The position numbers were made by a program, and so were the translations under genes. From NCBI RefSeq assembly GCF_037042905.1, contig NC_087251.1:26972001-27036000 (forward strand): DNA of 64,000 bases, in the 5' to 3' direction. Shown one piece after another: positions 27,729-42,700 of this stretch. The stretch comes from Lytechinus pictus (taxonomy: Eukaryota). The notes under the pieces were generated by a model. It worked only from the letters and a program-made list of their open reading frames with translations, searched no databases and had not been told where the DNA came from. The number at the start of each line of letters is the position of its first letter. Positions within the stretch are counted from its first letter, which is position 1.

Positions 27729-30700
27729 GTGAGAAACTGGTCAGGGTTTCATGTCTTAAATTGGCAACAATTGCTATTACCCTTTTACCCTCTTATATAC
27801 TGTAGTTTGAAAATGATATAAACAACCAAATATTAAGATTTTGAGTATTCAATATAAGACTACCAGGGGTGTTCTACTTGTTTGTATTTTTTAATCGAAC
27901 TGCTGAATTTAGAATGTAGTAATTAAATGGCTTTTCGTCAGAAACTGATATTTAACCCTAACTAGGCCGGGCTTTTTTGGCTGTTCTGTGGCTGGGGGGG
28001 GGGGGTTGATTCAACCCCCCCCTGAGATCTCGGCCGCCACTAAATAAAGCTCCTTGAATGCTAATTTTTGGTAAAAATATTCTTTGTAGCATTCTTAACT
28101 ATCGCAATAAAAAAAACTTCGGTTTGGAAATCAATTTATGTATTTTATTGTTTTATGAATTTCTTTGTTTTTCAACCTTTTGTTTTTCTTTGTTTTTTTC
28201 ACCAGATTTATTGCACAACCTTTTTTAATCATAATTATGCTAAAATCAATCGATTTCAGCTGTTTAAAGTAAAAATAATCATATCTTTATAAATAAGATG
28301 AGAAAACTCAATTTGCATTGACTTTGTACACAAAATCATGTTTTGGAACAATTTATGGTCTGACATGCACTTACAAAATGTTGCGTAATTTCGGAACCGC
28401 GTACCCGGGCGTCGTAAATTTGGTCTCAAAAGATGCGCGAGACTTAAAAGTATAAACCCTGCGAGTGGCGCGGTCAAAAAATTTCGCGCGGCGGAATGAT
28501 CACAGAAAATGTTGAGGGGGAGGTTGATTCAACCCCCCCCCCGGCCTGTTTAGGGTTAACATACTGTATTGGAAAGAGAATACAAATGTTCAGTGGATTT
28601 TGTTAATTTCCTAATATCATTCAAGGATGTAGTTAAAGGGGGGGGGGGGGGTTGTTTGCCCATACTCTTGTACTTGTGACTTGGCCAAGGCAAACGCTAG
28701 CAACATGGGTCCTTGAGGCCAGCCTTAAAATCATGTATCATATTTAAAGGGTTAGTTCACCCTGACAAAAACTTTTATGCAAAACTAGCAGAAACTAGAT
28801 TTTAATTCGTCATGCGGACGAATTAGGTGGTCTGTCCTTATTCTCGCCATCATGATCACTATTACCATGTTCAAGCAGATCAATATGATCTTCATGATGA
28901 CAACGGAATGTTCATTATGGATGGAATACTTGTGAAAGACGGGAGATGATAAAGCACTGTGAAAAGGGTCTCTTTGATATATGAAAATACATGTGATATG
29001 AAAAAAGTAATTATAATCTGTTTAATCTTGCTAAATGTTAACTTTCATACCTTTTAATTATCATAAAGGATCATGTACGAGGTGGTAAAAAGAAAAAAAA
29101 AGAAAAAAAAATCATCTTGTTCACCCCAGGACTCGAACCTGCGCCCCCGAGAACTCAAGTCAAGTGCGTTATCCATTGAGCCACGATATTCCCCATAGAG
29201 ATTACACGTTCCCATAGAGATTACACGTAAGCAATTTTGAGAATTGCAAATCCAATTTTGCAAGCGAAAAACGGGCATGATCCCGGCATCTGATAAAAAA
29301 ATGGAGGGTACGCTTCCGAAAGCTTAGAATCTCAGCTACAAAATACTAAAATCTCAGAGATAAATGACGAGAAAAAATGGAGATATAGCTCACGAAATAG
29401 AGGAATGTAGAATCTAGTTTTGAGAAAAAGTCATGTCCCATAGAGATTACACGCAAAATGAGGAAAAATGACATGCCTTTTTTCATCGCTGTTTTACACC
29501 ATGATGCGTTTCTCAAAATGAAAATTCATGTTAACTGAGGAGAAAGAGTACATTCTAAACTACAATATATCAAAATCTAGGCGTAAAACAATATATATTT
29601 ACGGAGTTATGATCAAATTTGCATAAATTTGATGACGTCATTTTTGAAAAAATGAAATTTTCAGTTTAGGCGCAATTTTGATGACGTCATGATCAAATTG
29701 AGGGACAATGGTGACAAGAAATCAAATCTACAACTCATACTCTATCGATATATGAAAAAAAAAGCTGGGGTCAACGGACTATTTAAAGAGCTACAGTGAA
29801 TTTTCAATAGACATGTTTTTGCCCATATATGGCCTGTAGTGAGAGCTCGCGCGCACACGTGCTGCAAAGTTTAACGGGTGATAATTTCGTTATTAATGGT
29901 CGTAGAAGGTTGATCAAGGTATCAAATTGCTCAGAATTATATTATCAATGCAATGATATTAAAAAAAATGGTGTTTCAACGTTGCGTTATGGCGTTACGC
30001 GCGAAAACGCGCGCGCATGTGCGTGCGTTTTTTTGCAAAATGCTTAAAATGGCCTGAAACGTATGGAAAATTAATTTGGAACGAATTGAGCATTTTAAAA
30101 TTTTAATGCGCGCGTACGTGCGCGTCGAGGTGCGCGCGCGGAATTTGATGAAATTTTTAGTTGACCGTTGACCTGAAGTTGATGTATACCAAATATAGTT
30201 GATTTTTGATGACTCGTTATCGAGATATGATAATGACCTGATTTTTACAAAATGGCGCCTGGATGACGTCACGATGACCTAATGACCTTGAAAAAGTTGA
30301 TTTAACTTGAAATCATAGGGCTTGATGACTGACAGAAATTTGAAGGAAATTGACCATGTCGATTTCGAGTGAACGTGTGTACAAAAAAGTGTACGGAAGA
30401 AATAAAAATAAATAAAGAAATAAAGAAAGAAAATTCTGGCGAAATCAAGAGGTGATCTGTCATCGACAGACCACCTAAAAATAACAAATGTAGGTGAAGG
30501 TTTGAGGAAAATCCATTAAAGATTAGGAAAGTTACTAGAATTTCAAGTTTTTTATTTGTGACGTCATAAACGAGCAACTGCCTTATATGTTATATAATAT
30601 AAAATGCACAATTTTCATATCTTTAATGGTCCATGATGACTTATTTTTCATTTCCTATTTTAGGAGTGAGTGTGAAATGATTTGTGTATTGATATACTGA

Positions 30701-33700
30701 AGGTACAATAAAACCATTTTTAGTTTTCTGAGAAAAAGGCATTTCATTGATTTCTTACCATACGATGTGTAGGAAAGCTGCTCGCTTATGATGTCACAAA
30801 TCAAATAATTGAAATTCTAAACTTTTTTTCTTTGATAGATTTGCTTCAAACCTTCACCAATATTTTTTATTTTTCTGCTATTTCAGCAATGAACTTTTTG
30901 TCAGGGTGAACTTCCCCTTTATTCTTATATACAGGATAACAAGATACTGTATAAAAAGTGTCTTCAACATACCAGTACCCTGATGAGATAATGGCCACAG
31001 TGTCTTATAGGAGCTCCAACAAGGGACACATTTCTATTGATCTGATTTGAATTGTCATTTTTTTAATTCAATTTTGATAGAATTTTGCTTGATTTGATTT
31101 TGAACAGGTGACTGTTGGTTTCTGGCTGCTACAGCTGGTCTCTCTCTGGATGATCATCTCCTCCAGAAGGTCATTCCCCCTGACCAGAACTTTAACCTGG
31201 GAATCGTCAAGTTCAACTTCTGGCACTATGGCAAATGGATTACCATCATCGTTGATGACAGGCTACCCACATACAATGACAAACTCGTCTTTGTGCACTC
31301 CAAGGATCAAAATGAGTTCTGGAGTGCCCTCCTGGAGAAGGCTTATGCCAAGTGAGTTTGTACTGTATGGGCTTGTCCTAGGGTGTTGTGATGAATGGAC
31401 ATGCATTATCTCAAGATGCATTTACTCCTCCAAAATATGGAAAACTAAATGATGCTGTATTTTACATTTTATTACGAGAATGCCTGATATTTTCAGATAA
31501 GTATTCTAAAGCAATGATGAAATACCTGTGTGAAATTGAGTAAATATATTCTCTCTTTCCTGTTAATTAGTAGACTTTTTTTTCAAAATTAACAATATCT
31601 TTCACAAGTATCTGTAGTGTAAACAGTAATTGTATTTTTCTGCCTTTGCCCACCTTGGATGACTGCCCCGGGGGGCCACTTACATTGACAAGTGGATACC
31701 ATGCACAACCAAAAAAACATGTAAATAGGATGTCTTTTTCAAGATAGGGCATGTTACGTATGTAACATAATAAGGGTGTCAAAAACCACTAAAATAATGA
31801 AAAAAGGGTATCTATTTCGCTAGGAAAGCTACGTGTTTATGGTCAAATTTACGAGGGTATAAAAAAGACTAAAATGTTTTATGAAAAAGGATGTACTTTA
31901 TGCCCCAACAGTCAATACTACTTCTTAAGAGTCCGATTTGCGCGAGGTGGGGCCGTACTAAACCCAATATGATGTAGGTAAAGGTAACACAGACGACCAT
32001 GACATAACAATTAAAATATCGCTGTACTTGTTTAGGGGTTCAATTTAGGGTATCGTTTTGTTTCCAATACTTGTTTAAGGGGTGCATTTTTAGAATATGG
32101 AAAATACTTGTTTAGGGTGCTTTTCGAGACCCTATGGTCGCATATGGTATCCACTTGTCAATGGAAGTGGCACCTGGGGGTGACTGACAAAGGCAATATG
32201 TTTTTGGATGCATTGCCTCAAAGAGTTTATAATTGAAAATTTGCCATCAAATCGTAATTTGCCTGAAAACCTTTATTTCTGACTAAGTAGCTGTTGAGCA
32301 CTGTAGTCAGGGTAGTTAGTGACCATTGGATATCTGGTTTTATTATACAAAATTACCATAATGATAATGTTTTATGCAATGGTGTCCCAGTTGTCTGTCA
32401 TTCCTCTGTCTGTCCATCTCTCCTGTTTTCATTCTCATGATAACTACATAACTGTTTGACAGACTGATTTCAATCTTGGCCAAAGCATGGATATAATGTA
32501 TGGTGATCTGAATAGTTTTTTTTAATATCAAGGTCAAAGGTCATGGAAGTCATGAAATGCCTGTAAGTACTATGTTCTCGTGATAATTAGAAAGAAAAAA
32601 AAAATTGGTGGTTCAACTCAATCTTGTACACATGTGGAAATGACAATTATCACAATAGATTTTGGCACATTTAGATCGAAGTTCAAAGGTCGCAGAGGTT
32701 TTTTATACAGCAGAAAGTATTCTTTTGTCTAAGATAGTCAATGAACCATTGTAGGGTTTAGTTTTTTACGCTCATGTATATGGGAGTGAAAATTATTTAA
32801 TTATATTTGGGGATAATAAGGTCAAAGTTCAAAATACTTGGGTTTCTTGATAGGGAAAGAATGTTTCGTGGGATCATCTTTAATCTGGTAATCTGTGATC
32901 ACGTATGCATATTGGAGGGACAATGAGCTGATTAGGTTTAGGGGCCATGAGGTCAAAGGTCTCACTGGCTGTGATGTAACTAAAAATCTTGGGAGCATTA
33001 TGATTTAGGGGCTCTGACCCGTGCCCTGTAATCAGAGGGACGAGGATTCGAATCCTACATCAGACATTAATTTCATACAGCATTGAACCATTGTTTGAGA
33101 CCACTGAGAATATGGGTCATTGTGTTTTCACTCTACCGCAGGCTCCATGGCTCCTACGAATGCTTGAAGGGTGGCAACGTTATCGAGGCCATGGAAGACT
33201 TCACAGGTGGAGTCTCTGAATCCGTTGATCTGAAACAGAACCCACCCAAGAATTTCTTTCGTCTTCTCAAAGTAGCGTATGACAGGGATTCACAGTTGGG
33301 CTGCTCCATCAATGCTAAACCAGGAGAAACAGAGGCCAAGGCAGGGCTTGGATTGATTGCTGGACATGCCTACACCATCACGGATGTTCAAAAGGTAAAT
33401 TTTAGGGCCCCGTTTCTTTAAAGGATTTTTCATGGACTGTTACTTGTAGGCTATCATCGTCATAATGCATGTCTGTAACAGGGTTCCCAGTCCATCAAGG
33501 AATCAGGGAAAATTATTTTTATTTTTTCCAGTCAGGGAAAAATTAGGGAATTTGATTAAAAATACCTCAAATCAGGGGAAAATTCCTCAAATGAGGGAAA
33601 AATCAGGAAATTTTGATCAGCCCAAAAGTCAAAAGCACGGTAGTCAGTCAGACTGTTATATTTTGTTGCATATCAAAACAACATCCATTGAATGACTGGT

Positions 33701-36700
33701 TATGATGGTACTAATTAGTTTTACATTATTATTTTTATACTGAAAATACATGTAATTCACTGCAACAACTTAGAAAACATGTGAAACTGGGAATGGGTTT
33801 AAATAATTATCAGGGAATTTTTAAACTTCATCAGGGAAAATCAGGGAATTTTGATTTCTTAGAGATGTGATTGAGATGTATTATTATAAAATCAAAATAT
33901 TATCATTGCTGTTATCAATATTATTAGTTTTAGTATAATTATTACCATTATGATTATTTCTAATATTTTGGTTATTATTTTACTATCATTATTATTAGGT
34001 GATCTGTAGCCATCGAGAGATCAATTTTGTGTTTTTACACATTTTCTTTTTGATTTATTATTATTAACATTTACCTTTTACTCCTGTTTTCCTGTGAGTA
34101 CTAAAACAACAAAGGCCCTTTATCAATTTTCATCAAATTTTGATCAGTTATGGATGATATTATGTGTATAAAAAAGTTTAAGGTAATTAGATCATCATGA
34201 AGTCATCTAGGCGCCAATTTATTTAATCATCTTTTCATTCATATCTTTGTAATTGGCCATTAAAAATCATTCATATTTACATATGAATGAGCCATAGTTC
34301 TTATTCTGGATAGGGCCCCTCTCACAAGGCTGATTCTCTTAGGGTCCTTAAAAACCATTCATATTATTTTTTAAACCTCTGTTAATGTATCTTACAGTGA
34401 TCCATGTATATGATGTATAATTCATTCATATCACCTGTATCTTAAAATATGCATACATTTTCTCGAATAAATCACATGGAACTCTTCTCAAGAGTTCCTT
34501 TCTAGAGCATCTATTCAGGTGCTTACTTGAGCTTAGGAAATACAAAAGCTCAAGAGATTGATTCAAGCCTACAAAAAGAATTTAAAAAAAAAAAAGTTTT
34601 TTTTAAATTCAAAAGATAAATGTTTAATCTTGTATTCAAGCGATTTGGTGTTATCCATTTCCATTTGTTTCTTTTAAGGCAAAATTTTCCTCAGGTAGGG
34701 AGGTGAAGTTGATCAGGATTCGCAACCCATGGGGTCAGGGCGAATGGGAAGGACCCTGGAGTGATGGGTAAGTTATGGGTAATAAATAGTGCTGAGTAAA
34801 ACCGGCCAGTCTACTGGTGACCGACCGATACCATTGCTATTTCTTCAAATAGGTTATGAATGTCATTTCAGGTCACTAGGCCAAGGTCAAAAGTCATTTG
34901 GGGATCAATGAACTGGTTTCAAGTTATATATCAAAACACATATTCAAAGTTTGAGATATGAATTTTCATGGTGATTATGAAATTATTAGTCTATAATTTA
35001 GTTCAATGATTAGATGCATCTATTGCAGGATAATTTGACTTATCCTGCAATCAGAGACATGTACCCTGCATATATGGTCTGCACTGCCCATTTGGCCTCT
35101 GCTCCTCTGCCGAAGTAGTCAGGGATGTTCTGAAATTGTATTCCCGCTCTCTCTAGAAGTGTTTACACCTCCTGATTTCCCACAATTTTTTATTTTCTTT
35201 GGAATCAGACTCTTTACAATTTGGATTTTACCTTGCAGTGACACATTTTGTCTCTATTGTTAATGATTCTTATCAATTCAGAATCTGGAAATATGATATG
35301 TCAGACCATAGAACTGTCAAATATAACTATCTTTATATTTCAAGTGGTAGGATATCGTCTACTGCAGAACCTATCCGGTGCATCTGTCTTTAGAAGATTA
35401 ATAGAAATTGTCCACTTTTGACTTGTTGGCTATTTTTCGGGCTACTGTCAAATACCAACGAATATTAACACTTTTTTACACTTCAGTGGGCGCGATGAAT
35501 TTAAAACAATATATCTTTCTCATGGTCAATATCTCTATTTTTGGAGTTTCAAGATTGTTTCCAAAAATCTGAAAATTGAGAGTGGTTTTGAGTTTGTATT
35601 AAAGTGGAGAGATGGAGGGAAGTAGAAGTTAAAGGGCAATATGTGTAATGCAAGAGCAAGATATCAGAGAGTTAGAGTGTGCAAGTGAGCATGTGAGAAT
35701 GACATTTGAAAATGGTTCATAATCTCTATAATATATATGAAAAATAAAATTAAAATGCAAATTGTTCTTTATTTCAACACAATGTCTAGATCTAATGAGT
35801 GGAGAAATGTATCTCAACAGGAGCGTACTAGGCTTGGACTGGTCTCTAATGATGATGGGGAATTCTGGTGAGTACAATTTCAACCATTAATTTCCAACCA
35901 TGACTTGAGTAATGGTAGAAACAATTTAATCATGGTCAATCATGGTTAAATCTTGAATGCATTAACAAATATCTGTTAAGTCTGACAAAGTTTATGTAAA
36001 CAGAATGCTGTATAGAGATTTAACGTAGACCGGATGAAGCCAAATTAAACTAGAAATTGCAAATACAAAAAAGACATGCATGGTATATACATGTGTATTA
36101 TTGCATGGGAAAAGACCTGACAACCTGACATAATGCTAAGCTTTTTTTTTTGCACTTTTTTCAGCAAATTTTTCTCTTTTTACAAAAAAAATTCTGCCTG
36201 CGAACATTTGGGCATGTAAATTGTTCTAACTACTTTTAGCATGGTTACTACTGTGAAATGTTATCTTACATACATACATAACAGGTACTTATTATAGCGC
36301 TTTACCAAACATATGATCAAAGCGCTTTACAATGAACAACTGATAATAAAAATAATGAAATTACATTGAACAGCACTTTAAAAATGTATCTACGGGGACA
36401 GGTATCTTTGATCCATGGGCTCACATTTTTGCTATAGTGAAATAATCAGGCCGCTTAATAACCTGGAACATGGTTAATTACCATATGAAAATCTACCAAT
36501 CTGGTAACTTTCAAACAAATCAAAGAGCATGTACTGCAAAGCTACTTTTATTTTAGAAAATATATTGGGCCTGGGTTGGAAGATGTTCAGGTATGTGCTA
36601 TTGAGGAGCCCTGGAGCCCCTTGTCCTTCCAAAAAGCTTGGAGTCCAGGGTTGCAAATACTAATACATATAACCTGAAAGCAAAGTGTAACAGAGAGATT

Positions 36701-39700
36701 TTTAATTGTAACATAAGGTATTTCTATTTGGCTTTCTCACAATTTCGACATTCAAATTTAAAACTTGTATCAATGAAATTGAAATATTGAAGTGGGAATG
36801 CCATGTTGAATTGTTCATTTTCTTGTCCGAATTTGTCAGTTTCTTCAACATTTTTTGTCATGAAATTCAAATGCCAGCCATCTTCGCTACAGCCAGACTG
36901 AAAAGACAGAGTCCAACATTAATGCTATAAAGTTATTAGTTGCACTTTGCATTTTGTTAGGGAAAAATATGGGCTTGGTTCTGGTCTGAGAAATGATAAA
37001 AAAAAACATTAAGTTACTACAGTATTATGTTAATATTTTGTTACAATAATAATATGTTTGTCTTTATTTTCGTTCAGGATGGAATTCAGTGATTTTATGA
37101 GGTATTATGATAGGGTTGACATATGTCACCTGGGTGCCGACACCATGACTGGCAAGAGAAAGAAGAAGTGGCAGTCTACCTCACATGAGGGCAAATGGCA
37201 AAGAGGATGCACTGCTGGAGGATGCCGCAACTTTCCCGGTGAGTCCCTACTCTGAGATAGAGCCGTGGTGTAGAGATTCTGACTCTCGCCTTGTAAACAA
37301 GAGGGTCCTGTGTTTGAATCGCACCGCGGTCTAGCATCCTTTGTCAAGGTGTTAATCCTTACTTTGCCACTCTCGACCCAGGTGCTGAATGTGTACTTGG
37401 TAGGATGCGAAAGTTATTGTAAGTTTGAATTTGCCAGTGCTATTATGAGGCTGCGATGTATGCACGGAATGCTCCCCAGGGAGTGGCAATTGTGTACTTT
37501 TCGTGCAGGATTGATATGAATCCAATGGCCGGGGTAATGATATGCTGTAAATTCAGATATTTTTCATGCATTGAGTTTTGGTTGGGTTGGCTCCTCATTT
37601 TGACAAGCTTTAGTGATGAAATTCCATAAAATAGCTATGATTTCTACTTTTGACCACTTTGATCATCTGTCCATTTACATGCATTTTAAACAATTTTTAG
37701 GGGTTGTGTATGTATAAAGTTGTTGGTTACATCAGAACAGCTTAATGAAACTTCACCCAGTCCTGTATCAAGTCTACAGGAATCTTTTACAATTCAGAAT
37801 GGCCATACTTATGTCAAGTAGATTAAAAATAGATACGAGTTTGAAAATGCTTTTTCCCTTTGTCAGACACGTTCTGGATCAATCCCCAGATTGAACTCGT
37901 TTTGGAGGAGGAAGATGACGAGGATGATTTGGGAGATGGAGAGGAAGATCCCGCACAAAAAGGGAAAGGTTCTACCTTCCTCGTCGCCCTCATGCAGAAG
38001 AACAGACGAGAGATGCGTAAGATGGGTGTTGACAACCTCACCTGTGGTTTCTCAATTTACCAGGTGATTATGCACTGGCCTGCCACTATGTAGTCTTTTA
38101 TACTGTGGATAAGCTAATGACAGCGTTGTCAACATTGAAATCTTAGCCACTGTCAACTTTTGAAATGTCATCCTAACCTGGTGGGTGTTTCATAAAGCTG
38201 TTCGTAAGATAAGAGCGACTTTAAGAACGACTGGTGATCCTTTCTTTTGGTAAATGGTATACTCCATTGGCGATGGTTTAGCACGTAAGAAAGGTTCACC
38301 AGTCGTTCTTAAAGTTGATCTTAACTTACGAACAGCTTTATGAAACGGCCCCCTGGAATCTTTATAGACCTACTTAATGAAATTTGGACTTGAGGCTAAT
38401 CATGTGTCGCTGCTCATCTTGCATGAGTTTCAGGTCACAGTCATATGATCAAGGTCAAAGATCATTTAGGGTAATTGAACTTCTACCATTTTGTGGTTTA
38501 AACATTGAAATCTTGCCCAAGGTTTACTTTTCTAAATGTCATAACTTTGAAAGTGTATGGACTTATTGCACTAAAGTTAAGGCCACCGCAAAACTTATGA
38601 CTGGCCTACGATGTGATTTTGGAACAAATTGCATATTTCTCATTTTCTGTTAATACGAATGAAAAAAATATTTGTTTGAGTTTCAATTTAACTGTATAAG
38701 TACTAAAATTTTGACAGTTGCAAGCCTTTTTAAACCATAGTTGATTGTATGATTGTTATGACCGTATGATGTCATTAGTTATTTAGTACGCTTTTAATCT
38801 TAATCATCATAGGGTAGCATATTCATGGATTTGAACAAAAGTATTTGTACAATGATTTCAGACTGGACAGTGAGATGTTCCATGTCTCAGTATGCATGTG
38901 CATCAAATGTTATGACGCTTCATTCCCAAAACGGGTTGCAGACCAATCTTGTGTTGGCCTTCAGACATAATGGAAAGCATGTGTCACTGATCATCATGCT
39001 TGAGTTGCAGGTCTTGTGATCAAGGTCGAATGTCATTTAGAGTCAACAATCTTTCATCATGCTGTACGTAGTACCAATATCACCAACGTACAAACCAAGG
39101 TTTAGGTTTTGAATTTTTCAGGATAATTTCAAAATTAAAAGTCCCCTTTCCATAAACCTTTCATATAATTGTTATCAACCAAAGGCAAATGGATGAATGA
39201 AATTGCAGGTCACAAAGTGAAAGGTATTTTGGTGTCAATAAACTGCAGACATGAATTTTCCAGCCCCCTCCCTGTCGTTTTAGAGTACCTAAAAACAGTT
39301 CGGATTTTGAATATTCTTACATCAATTAACTACCATAAGAAATTATATTTTTTTTATTATTTAAACAAATATTTAATCAAATTAAATGAAATTTATATGA
39401 GGTGGTTATTGGATATCACAAATGATGTGAAATGAAAAACAAGTTTCTTAGTAAAGTTCAAAGGTCATTTGAGGTCAATGAATCAAGTACCTTAAGCTAG
39501 CACTGCTGCCACATTGAATTGCTTAATGCTGGCAAGGCTGCCAGAGGTGCACCTCTTGTTCTCATTTTTGGAGGGCAAAATTTAAAAAAATATATAGGTA
39601 TATATTATAAAATACTAAAGAATAAGTAGGGATATGACATCTTCAGCTTGCTCTTTGCATATTTATGACGACATGCATAGAACTGTTTCATGAAAAAATG

Positions 39701-42700
39701 CAATATTTGAAATGTCATAACTTTGTTATTCCTTGTCTTATTTTTAGGAAACTTCAGTGTGTTTGATTTATATGTTCAAACCATATTATTTTCAGTCTGG
39801 AGTACTCGTTTAAAGGCCAAGTCCACCCCAGAAAAACATTGATTTGTATAAGTAGAGAAAAATCAAACAAGAATTATGCTGACAGTTTTATTAACATCGG
39901 GTGTAAAATGAGAAAGTTAGCACATTTAAAGTTTCGCTTATTTTTCACAAAACAGTGATATGCACAACTCAGTGACATAAAAATGAGACAGTCGATGATG
40001 TCCCTCACTCACTATTTCTTTTTTTATTGTTTGTATTATACAATATTTCGTTTTCTACAAATTTGACAATAAGGACCGACTTGACTGAACCATATAGTAT
40101 TAAACCATGCAAATACCTCATGCTCAGGAAGGAATTGATCTTTTTTTCTCTTGTTAATGAGGAGAAAATTAGAAAATTTCATACTTAATAAAATACAAAA
40201 GAAATTCATGTAGTGAGTGGATGACGTCATCAGTTTCCTCATTTGCATACCGACCAGGATATGCATATATGTTTTGTGAAAGTAAGCAAAACTTTAAAAT
40301 GTCATAACTTTCTTATTTTACATCTGATTTTGATGAAGTTTTCAGTGTTATGCTTGTTGGATTTTTCTCCTTTTATTCAAATCAACTTTTTGTTGGGGTG
40401 GAATTTACCTTTAATTGCTTTAATGGGCATAGCAAGAAACTTCAGTTTAATTGCAAAATGAGTGTAATAAGTGTCAAACTCAATCACAATGGGCCATTTC
40501 AAGAAAGTTGCATTGCAACTGAATGAAAATCAACTCCAAACTTGTCTTCAGTCAAGGGTCTCAATCTTGATTTTGGACCTATACTTTATTTGGAACTGAA
40601 CGCAAGTTTCTAGTCAACATGATTTAATCTAGGCAATATTTTGTTGTCTTGATCAAGGACTGTCCATAATTTTTTAACCATCACAAACCATTTTTAGGGT
40701 AGATCAAAACTGGAATTGACTTATGGCAAATCAAATGACCTTTTTCGTTGTAGGTTGACGGCTCCTTTAATGCCTCAGTTGGACTCCCGAAGGACCATTT
40801 CCTGTACAATGCATCTACAGCTCGATCACCAACATTCACCAACACTCGTGAGATAAGCGGAAGATTCAAACTCCCACCAGGACGCTATGTGATCCTTCCT
40901 TCGACCTTTGAACCCAACCAAGAAGGTGACTTCCTCTTGCGTATCTTTTCCATGAAGGTGGCTAAGGGAGTGTAAGTTACATAACTATCCATTCTTTTCT
41001 ACTTTGTTCTTTCATATTTTTTTAATTTCATGTTTGTTAACGATAATACATTATATCTTATGAGCATTGAAAAATCATTTCAATATTTTTTTTTCATCAA
41101 ACACGGATTCTCGAAATTTAAGACAAATAAACCATTCTTGAAGCTTTGAACATTCGCTTGTAACTTGCCAGACATTCCAAGTCATACGGTGTATGATTTG
41201 CCATTTTATCTGAACCCAGTTGGTGTAATTAGACAAAGTGATTAGACCACTTGGGAATTATACCAAGTGGATTTTTAAAAAGATGACAAATAGACACAAT
41301 TGTTATTAGACCATCTGATGAGAGAGGTCCCTGCAAGGCATCTCTTACATGCCCACCACTCCTTTCCTCATACATACATCACAGCCAGACGAGGAATACA
41401 ATATCATTATGCATGTGTACAAACAAATTGCCCTTTACGGAACAGATGTAACAATCGGTACTGTACGAAGAACTCTCATTACTCTCATAACGTTAATGGT
41501 ATAGGAACTCAAAATCAAGGTATAGCGTAGAAGTCTACATATTCCCATACTACATGGACGTGAGCATCGTGTGTGTGCGCACAAGGAGAATATTTCACAG
41601 TGAAATCATGCGGCAGTGTGCTTTAATGACATACATAATGCCTGGCAGAGCTGGTGCCCAAGAAGAGAGAGGATTGTAATGATATTGAAGATATGAAATT
41701 AATTATGATGATGGTGTCCTATCAAATCCATATCATTATATTTAGGAAGTATGTGATCTTCAAAAACTTCATTGTAAACGCCCTTTTTCATTGAATTGTC
41801 CGTGTTTTCTTCATTCAATTAGCTGACAATGTTGAGCAGAACTTTCTTGTTAATTCCTATATATGATTTTCTGTGTGTGGTGCAGTGACCGTCGGCACAA
41901 GTTTGTCAGTTTATCATCACTTCAGTGATTTCATTGCCTTAGAGTTAACAACTGTTGTCTGAGTCTACAACCTTTAACGGTCAAATTTTTTAAAGACATT
42001 TTCTACAACTATTCATAATCATGCCAAGAATCATACTTTATCTTTAAACTTTGTCTTATTTGTTTTTTTTTCTCTTTTGTTTTAATAGGACCGTTAACCA
42101 ACAGTCTAGCATGGATATTAAACCACAGCAGGTAATACTCTTACTCACTTTTTAGTTATTTTCGTTTCGCAAATATATTTTAAAATTTGATGATATTGAT
42201 ATTGGATGTTCATGAAATGCTTATATGTCAGCTCATTTTACCTCTCAATTTTCATGTCTTCTGTCAATATAGTTTTTGCAAGTAATAAGATCGTGTCATG
42301 AAATTATGAAAATGAAAAGCAAGAATACACCTTTATTTTTAATGTTGCAAATATTTTTTTGTTTGTTTATTTGTTATTTATCAAAAATGTATTCATAGTT
42401 GTTTTTTTACGTGTAGCTGTGTATTTTTGATAAACATTTAAAAGGTTGTTTATCATCTCAGCTTCATATTTGTAGCAAATATAGTCATCTTACTCATCCC
42501 CCCCCCCAAAAAAAAGCTTTAAATGTTGCAAAGTTTGTTATTTTATGTGTATGTTTGCTGATATTTTTTTTTTTTTTTAAATTTATTTTCCTACAAATTC
42601 CATAAAACACAATAATTATTGATCATTGCTTTACATTGTCAACCTCGCTGTTTGCTTATCATTTGTCATCAGTTTTATGTGCTTCAAATATTTTGGTTTG

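Larger units (their letters stand above)
28744..30922. mobile_element. Kolobok-like MITE split by a nested 1.7-kb insertion
   Basis: ttaa|AGGG..AGTTCACCCTGACAAAA ... TTTTGTCAGGGTGAACT.CCCT; uninterrupted left end of the same family at 57930. Confidence 0.83.

Noticed and set aside
31108..31452. 114-aa ORF MTVGFWLL... in the ORF track
   Set aside because: Wrong-frame reading of the calpain Cys exon.
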